A stretch of DNA of 48,209 nt. Source: an uncultured bacterium. Its GTDB lineage: Bacteria; Omnitrophota; Omnitrophia; Omnitrophales; Aquincolibacteriaceae. Under the pieces are notes generated by a model that was given only the letters and a program-made list of their open reading frames with translations, did not search any database and was not told the DNA's origin. The position numbers and the translations under genes are program-made. Shown in pieces: positions 25,796 to 34,700 of this stretch. How positions within the stretch are numbered: position 1 is the stretch's first letter; every line of letters starts with the position of its first letter. The stretch covers positions 1-48,209 of the forward strand of contig CAZGCC010000001.1 in the NCBI GenBank assembly GCA_964524195.1, read 5' to 3'.

Positions 25796-28700
25796 ATGCG
25801 GATAAAGCCGGGACTTTGCCTTGCGAGGTCTTTTCAAAAGATTTTTTTAAGAGGCGTTGCTCTTGCGACGCTGAAGTGTTTCGTTGTCACCAGCCTTGCT
25901 CTGGGGATTTCTCCTGAAGCGATCGCCGCAAGCTGGAGTAGTCCGCTTGCTCTCGTAAGCTCCTTGCCCTTTTCCGGGATCCCAAAAGAAATGGGAAAAC
26001 TTGACGGTGTTTTTGCGCCCCCGGTTGCAAACCGGTCCGTTTTCTTTTTGCACATCAAAGACGCCCATGCCTCGATGGAGGCCCAGAGGAATATCAACCG
26101 GATCCTTACAAGGTTGCAGCAAAGAAAGCAACTAGACCTTGTTTTAATAGAAGGCGCCGCGGGACCTCTCACCCCAGGTCGTTTGGATGTGTTTGATGAC
26201 GCGAAAAGGAATGACGCGTACAAGAAAGATCTCTTAAGTGCGGGCTTGTTAAACGGCGCAGCCTATTTTGCCGCTGGCCAAAAAAATGGCCTGGCTCATG
26301 GGTTGGAAGATTCCGCAGCGTATTTTGAGAATCTCAAAATCTTTCGCCAGATCGCCGCCTCGCGCGTTCTTAACGAGAAATTTTTTAACGCGATCGAAGT
26401 CGCGCTTTTCAACAGATCAAAGAACATTCTTAAGATGGAAGTGTTCGCGTTTCTTAAGGAGTGGAAGAGGCATCATCAAAATACATTATCCTGGGATCGG
26501 TACCTTTCGTTCCTGATCCGGAGTGCCGCGAAGTTCCTGGCTCTCGACCTTCGGGATTACCGCACGCAGGTCTTGTGGCCTCACTTGGTTCGTTATCACC
26601 GACTGGAGATCTTTTCTGAGCAGATCCGTTCCGATGCCGTTCAAAAAGAATACCGGAAGCTTGTCCAACGACTCGAAAAGGTCCGTGAGCCGGCCCTGGA
26701 AGAGACTTTGGCGCTGTTGTCTGCTACGGTGGAAAGCCCGGCAGCCCTTATCCGGGAAACGCCCGATTTTCGAAAATATGTGGAAGTGCTTGTAGAGGCT
26801 TGCTCTCGCGAAAGGATCCTGCTGCAACAGTTTCCGAACCTCGTTCGTTATCTGGCTTTCCGGATCTTTCGCTCCGAGATCGAACCCGAAGAATTGCTTC
26901 TCGAGGTGGGGCGGCTGGAAGATGCCCTTTTCGAAAAACTGTTCAAGGAAGAAAAGTCCCGGAATTTTATAGCGGCCTACCGCGACTTTTTTCTTCTCAA
27001 GCGGGCTTTTGCGCTGGAGCTTGACCGGGCCGAATCCAAACGCTTTGAAATCATGGATGTTTCAAAGAGGGTTCGGCTGCTTTCAAAGATCGCCCCAGGG
27101 CATGATCTGCAAATAGAAAATTTGATCCGCGGGGCGGATCTCGTGAAGCGGTTCTACAAGGCGGCCCAAAAACGCGACGGCGCCTTTGCGGAGCAGCTAA
27201 GAAAAGCCCTGGAAGGAGCGCAGGTTTTCCCGGATAGGCCCTTTTTCATTGTGCTTGTCACCGGGGGATATCATGCCGAGAGTCTCGAAAACTGGCTTCG
27301 TACCGAAAAACTTCCGTTCGCCAGCATTCAGCCGTTGTTTAAAGACGAGCCTAATAAAGAACGGTATGAAAACCTTCTTAGGGGCGATTACAGCGACTTT
27401 GATGCTCTTGCGACTCCGCAGGGCTCTATTCTCCCGGATGCGATCGCCGAAAAACTCATGGGAAAAGAGGCCCTCACAGCGTTTCGTGGAGCCGAGGCGC
27501 GTTTAGCGGCCAGGCAAACCCTTGGATCCGGAACATCCGGGGACCGACCCTTTCGGAGACCAGATGAAAATGTTTCGATCTTGCAGGATTCCGTTCGTTC
27601 TGAATCTGGAAAATCGACCTCCGGGAGAGATTTAACGATCGACAAATTCAAGGAGATCGCTGAAAAATGGCTTCGCCTTTTCAAAATCGAACAGATGTCC
27701 CCGGAGGAAATTCTCTTAGGCGAAAAAGAGCTTTCTGTAAAACTTTCTTTTGCCTCTGGGGCTGAGGGCTCCAATGAGCTCGATGCGTCACACCAGGCGT
27801 TAGAAATGATCCAGGAAGAAGCGGAAGCTTTTTTCTCTGGCTACTACGGACAGATCCACAGCAGTTCTTTGGAGCCCAACAAGGGGACGAAGGACCTCTC
27901 CTGGGTTCAACTCACGCTTCACCGGCGATCCGAGACTAGGGCTCTAGTGAAAGGCCTTGCCCGTTTGCTCATAGCTTTTGCGTTGGCGGGGACGATAAGC
28001 GGCTGTTCAACTTTGAGCCATGAAGCATTAAAAGAACAAATTCGCCAGGCGGAGCAGTATACGCTCCCTCAGAGGACGGTGGCGGTTCCAGCCTCGGTCC
28101 GGGTGAATGAGAAAAATCTTCTCGAAGCAATCCTTCTTAATGACCCCCAAGTCCGCCAGGCCGGGCTGAGGATTGCGATCCGCGAGACCGAAAAAGGGCG
28201 TCTCAAAGGAAGTTTTTCTTTGGAAACGCATTTTTCCTTGGTGGATGGGAAGCCTGTTTTTAGCGGAGGCGTCAGGGGGAGGGCCCCTTATCTTGGAGAA
28301 GTGGGGCTTCTGGGTCTTGGCGCGGGAAGCGTGGCAAGTCTGGCGTTGGAGTTGACGGGAGCGCTCGGTAGTTTTATTTCCGGGGAGCCTCTCTTGGCGA
28401 ACGACCTTGCCCAAAAACTTATCGAAGCGGCCCAGTTGCATCACCAAGATGTTATTGGAGAGCGTTACCTGGAATATGCTCGAATTGCCTTGGAGGTCAA
28501 GACGCTCCAGGATCAGCAGGCTCTGGCTGAGGCGACGGTCGCAGCCCTGAAGCATTCCTTGCAAATATCGCTTCAAAAAAGAGAAAGTTCCGAGCAGGAT
28601 CGCGCTCGGATCGAAACGCTATTGGATGAATGGAAAATGCGCTCCAATGATCTCGGGGCGGCTTTCCGTGAGAAGAGCTCCCGGTTGCTCGATCTTTATA

Positions 28701-31700
28701 TTCCGGAAGCTGCGGGAGAGAGCCGCTGGGGAGTCGATTTCTCCTACGCTGCCATGCCTCGGAACTGGAAAGTGACCCCCGCCATGACTCAAGATCTTGT
28801 AAATCGTGCAACTCAAAGGACAGGATCTCAATTGCCTTTGAATCGCGAATTGGCCGCGGCCTACAAAGCGCGCGAAGCGTCCATTGTAACCATGCTCCTT
28901 TCAAAAGCCCGTGACCGTTTCAGCCTGAGCATCGGAGGCCTTTTCCATGCGGACGATCTGGGAACGCCGCCATCCATGGATGATGACGCGAAAGGGGATT
29001 TCGATACGAATGCGGACAAAATAGTGGACCGGAGGACCGAAGACAAAAATTCGGTAAGAACCGGCTTTCGAAAAACTTTTGGCGGCGAAAGCGCCGCGGA
29101 TGTTCAGATGGCTTCTCATGAAGTTGAGATGAACGACAGTCTTCTTCAGGAGGTGGATCGCCGTGTGAGGCTGGAGATCGCCGAGCTGCTTTCCCGGATC
29201 GAACAAAAAAACAAAGAGATCGGGATCCTGGAACAAGCGGTCAGCAGAGATCGCGCGCTTTTGGAGAAAGCCCGAAAGATCTCTTTTGGCGGACAAACTT
29301 TATATCTTGAGGATCGTTTGTTCCCTCAGATCGACGCGATCGGGAAAAACGGAATCGCGCTTTTAAAGGCGCAGCAGGAACTGACCGTGGCCATTAAGCG
29401 CTTGGAAGTTCTTTCGGGGACCTTAGGCGGATTTTCATGGGGTCAGGCGAAGCGCTCAGAGGTTCGAAGCGCGGCATTTTCTTCTGCCGCGCAGCTGTTA
29501 CTGTTTAAAGGTTTTGAGAGCGCCGCGCTTGCTGTCCGGTCAGCTTCCGATTCTCGCCGGAGCGAATTTAGTCTTGAGCGGGATCTGGATAAAGCCTGGT
29601 CCCATTTGATTAAATTGCGGGCGGGTTTCGAATCAGAATTCTCGGGAGAGAAAGGTGCTCTCCATAGCCAGCATGTTTTCGGAAAGGCGAATGACCGGTT
29701 GCGTTGGGATATCGACAATGGGGTCTGTTTGACGGAAGAAGAACATAGGCGTCTTGCCCACGGAGGCCAGACAGACAGAGCCAAATTCTGGGACTGGGCG
29801 ATCCGGCGCATGTCTCCCGAAACGCTCGAACATTTACGGGACGCAATGTACGAACCGGAAAAGCCGGTTGACAGGAGAATTCTGCTCGCTCAATTCCGAA
29901 AAGAAATAGAAGCTCAAAAAAGACGTCTGAAAGAATCCGGGACTGTTGAGCTGTTGACAAAGGGGGGGCGTTCGGAAATACGAGGAAGTTTTTCGGCCAA
30001 ACAAAACGGTCCAAAGGGATCTTTTCCCTGGCGCTCGATGTTTGTTAAGGCGGTGATCGCGCTTTTCCTGGTGATCGGTTCTTTGCTTCCGTCATCAGCA
30101 TTGGCTGGTCAGGCGGAACCAGCAATGCATGCGACCCGCATGGTTCGGTCGGGGGCGTCAGGTTTTGGCGCGGCAGCGTCGTCGCTGGTTGTCGCCGGAT
30201 CCCAGGAAGCAGGCAAAAATTCCTTTGATGTGTTTGTTGAGGAAACGCTCAGAAAGATCCCGAACGATTCGGACCGGCCGTATTTGAAAGGCTATGCGCA
30301 AGGGCTTCGGGATATTTTGGATATCACCACTCCCGAAGGCCTTGAGCAAGCAAAAAGCAGTTTCGCGGAAAGAGCGGATATCTTTATGCCGGTTCCCCGA
30401 TGGTCTGATCCCGAATTGCTTCAGCAAGTTTCAAGAAGGCTGGAAGGGTTGTTGAGAAAAATCCCAAAAGAAAAAAGACCCGAGGTAATCCGGGAAATAG
30501 AAAATGCGAACATCGGTGATGAAATTCCGGTAACCGTCATAAAAAGCATCCGTCGCCATCACCATAAATCGTCATTTCCTGTTTTTAAAAAAACCGAAGC
30601 GCAAGAATCCATTCGCGTTACCCGAGAGCTTAAGGAAACCGTAGAAACAAGACAAATGATCGAAGACAGGATCAGTTCCCAAAGAGCTCAAATCGTTTCT
30701 GGACGGGCGCCTGCACTATCGGGAAGCGGAGTGGACACCGTTCCCCAGTGGAAGCCCGGCGAAGTTGTCATGCCGCCCACGGAATGGCCTGATTCTCCGG
30801 AAGTCACTGAATTGGACGGAGCGCTGGCTGAGTTTGACGGTTTTGTCATGCAGCTTCTTTACAAGATCCCCGATGCCGCCCGAAGAACGCAGCTTGTTCA
30901 GTATGCGGAAGGCCTGAAAGCCATGATCGTAAATCCGTCTTCTCTGGAACACGCCAAAATGCAGTTTTCCAAAAAAGTCGCACTCGACGGTATTTCAGAA
31001 GGCCTGGGGGCGATCGCCGCGGGCGGTCCTCTGGCGGCAGGAGCGGCGCTCGTGGAGGCTCCGGTTGTGGCTGCCCCTGAACAAATAATAATACAGCCAA
31101 CCATCTCCGGAGCGGAAACGGTTCCTCCAGCAAATATTTCTCCCGTGATGGCCATTCTTTTGCCGGAAGGTCGTTCCGGAGCTCAAGCGGAAAGTTCCAG
31201 TACCGCCCTTGAGATCTTAAGAGATTTTGCGGATGCTGCGCCTCCAGCGGCGGCGAAGTCCCAAGAAACCTTGGCGGACGATGAGGCCATGCTTCCGGAG
31301 GCATCCGAAGAAATATCAGTTTCTCTGGAGCCCCCAAGCATTCCAGGGCCTGCGCCCGTGATAGATAGCGCAGTTTCCAGGACTCAAAAAATTTCCGAGC
31401 CTGAACGGACCTCGACTCAAACAGGGCCCGTTCTTCCCGCCGTTTCCCATGGGCCGCAAGGTGTGATTTATGAATCAGAACGACCAGCCAAGTCCACGCC
31501 GGTTTTTTGGGATATGCAAGCGCCTTTCCCCGGAAAAACTCAGCATCTGGTGCGGGAAGGCGATGTGGTGAGACCAGGAGATGTTCAGGCGGAAATACAA
31601 GATCCTGAGCAGCGGCATGAAATACAAGGCTTAAAGGCGGCGATCGCAGGTATTGACCGGCAAATCCAAGGAAAAGGCAGTGTTCTGGGGCTGGATGAAA

Positions 31701-34700
31701 ATATTCGCTTGCGGTTTGAACGGGAAGAATTGGCCCGCAGACTTCGGCAGCTTGAGTATCAAGAAAGCCTGAGCGTCATTAAAGCTGGCCGGCCCGGAAG
31801 GATCGTGGAAATTCGCCGCGGCGATATTAATGCGGGAGGGATGGTGGTTCGTGCCGTTGCTTTGGATGCCGGCGAAGTGAGCTATTGGGTGCCGCGGGAG
31901 TATAGCGATTTTGATTATCCCGAATTAGGCTTAACAAACGGAACACCGCTTCGGGTTGTCGGCTATCGCATCGATGATATTGACCTCAATAGCAGCCAGA
32001 TACTTTTGACAGTCGCGTTTGTCGGCAAGGACGAAATACCAGCGGATGCTCGATACAAACTGACGCTGGTTAAAAACCCCTCTCAAGTTACTGCCCAATC
32101 CGAAGAGGCATCAGGCCATTTCTTTCATGCCCGAGTTCCTTCGAGGGAAACGGCAGCCATTTCCGTTGAAAAAGCCGACAATATCCCAGGAGCTCGTGCT
32201 CGGCCATCGGTTCCTGAAGGCAGTTTTGTTTCGGCGGGCCAGGGGGTAGGTATGGCGGATGCTCTGGATTACCTGCAATCTCAAAGGGATCCGGCGAAGA
32301 AGTTGGTAGGCCATGCTGACGAATTGGCACGGGTAAACCAACAGGAAATCCAGCTGCTTCCTGACGATGAAGTGCGTCAAATCCAGAAGGATGCGAGACT
32401 TCAATTAGCGGATCTTGAAGGTACCAGCCCCCAGCTTATTTTAAAAGCGCCTATTTCAGGCATCGCAACAGGTCTTTCGGACCTTGAGGGCGAGGTCGTC
32501 ATTCCAGGTAAAGTTACACGGGCTAAAGTCACCAGTACCAGGGTTTTTCTGGGAAGCGAGAGAGCTTATGAAGGAAATCTTGAGCTTAATGACGACTATT
32601 TGATCTCAGTGCCTCAGGAAAGCGTTCGAGAGGGAGATCCGGTTCTTGTTTCAACGCCCGCAAGGCGTCCGCTCGTGGGGAAAGTAATTAAAATCGTCCC
32701 GCTTGCAAACCGCAGCGTATGGCTTAAGGGACAAGAAGCGCTGATAATCGAGGTCAATGACCCAGAAATGTATTTGGGAGACAGAATGCCGGTGCGGCTG
32801 GATTTTGATCCACAAGTCATCGCGGCGGCCAAGGATGCAGCAGCAAATCCTGACGGGAATGCCCCCGTTTTAGCCGACTTTAAGGATGATTTGCCGGCGC
32901 CTGCGGCTTATGCGGTCCTTCAGAGCCCCGAAGACGAATTAAGTCTCGGGAAAATATGGCGTTTGACCCGCCACGAGGGGAACAGCCTTCAGAAGGTCGG
33001 CATGTGGAGATATTTCTTGGGGACAGCGGTCGGTTGGGCATTCCTTGGTAAGCTTGTCTGGGCGGGTTCGGGGAAGATCCTGATCTCGCTGGCGGCGGGC
33101 CTGGCGGCCTTGACGCTTTGGAACACCTTTTCGAATCTGTGGAGGCGGTTTTTCCCCAAAGAGATCGAAGATGAATCCAAGGATCTCGGCTCTGATATCC
33201 GGCGTCTTGCGCGAAGCCTGGAGATGGACAGTGCCAGCCTTTTCGGGAAAGAGGAAGAGGCCGAAGAGATCCTCCACGATATCATAGCGGCTTTGCATAG
33301 CTGGAATCAGCTCCTGCAGGAAGAGAGCCTTACTTCTGCCGACCTTTCAACGATGATGACGAAAGCCCAAGAGCTGGCCGGTAACAAGCGGCTCATGTAT
33401 TCCAAGAAACATTCCCAGAACATGGGCTATTTTAAGGAGGATGCCGCCGATGATTTCGTCCGGATCCATGAGATCATCGCCCGTTTAGCCATTTTGAGCG
33501 CCGCCAAAGCCTCGTTCGAGCTTAAGGTCAGGCCTTCCCGCGGTGCCGGGCTTGTCGAGGAAGAGAAGCTCCTGGATTTTCAGGAAAAAATGGAATATTT
33601 TGCCGAAGGACTCAATAATGCGTCCCAGGTCGGTTATAAGCTGTCGGCGATCGCGAATCCCACAGATCATTATCCTCCCAAAGTGATGCGGAACGGAAGG
33701 GCTCTGACCCTTTCCCATTTGTTCCAATGGATCCATAACCGATGGATTTTTTATACCTTCCCGGCGCTTCGGTTCCTGAATTTCTACGCCGTGGCGGTAT
33801 TCTTTCACAAAGGCGGGCGGCATGTACCGTTCCTCTGGGGAGCGGCGGATTACTATCATCACTATTACAATGCCATGAAAAAAGCGGGTGTCGATCTCGC
33901 CTCCACACCTTCGGATTTTGAGAAAGGATTCAAGGATGCTTTTTATAAAGAGGTGGATATTGAACACTGGCTACCCAGCAAAAAGCTGCATTATTATGGG
34001 CGCTATTACGCCTTGGTAGGATGGGTCATTTTTGCGATCCTGCCATGGTTTTTATCCCCGCTTCTCCTGTATCTTTCCGGGGTCGGGCTCATCGTGGGAA
34101 CGAGCATTCTCATGATCTGGAAAACGGTGCCGCTGTTTTACACATTTTTCCGTTACATGCTGCCTGTTGTAATGGGAAGCGAAAGCAAACACTACCGATC
34201 TAACCTGAAAGATATTGTCCGTCTTCGGCGCGAACGCTTGCGAAAACAGGCGGGTCTGTTGAGCGGGAAAAAGGAATCGCCCTTGCCGCCCCGGGGTTTA
34301 CCGTCTTCGGCTTCTGCATCTCAGGTTACAGAACCCGGCACCATTGCTTTGAAGGCCATGCAGCAAGCTTTGCTTCAGGCCGCAGAAAATGCCGAAGTGG
34401 AGATCATTGCGGTCCTGCCTCCCCGGAATGGAAACAATGACCGGGATATAGATCTTTTTGAGAAAAGGGTCCGTCACGATGAGGCATTAGCGCGCTTGGG
34501 GATTCGCACGGTCGAAAGCGATGGGAAGATTGCCGGGGAGGCGGGGCTCTTCTTCGCGGCCCGGTCCATCTCGGATGAGAATAAACCTTATAAGATCTAC
34601 TGGTATCCCAAGGGTTTTCCGAGCGAAGGGGTTCGTCTTGCTTCTGCGTTAGCGGTATTCAAATTTAATTTAGCAGAAGCTTTGCGTATGATCGATGCTT

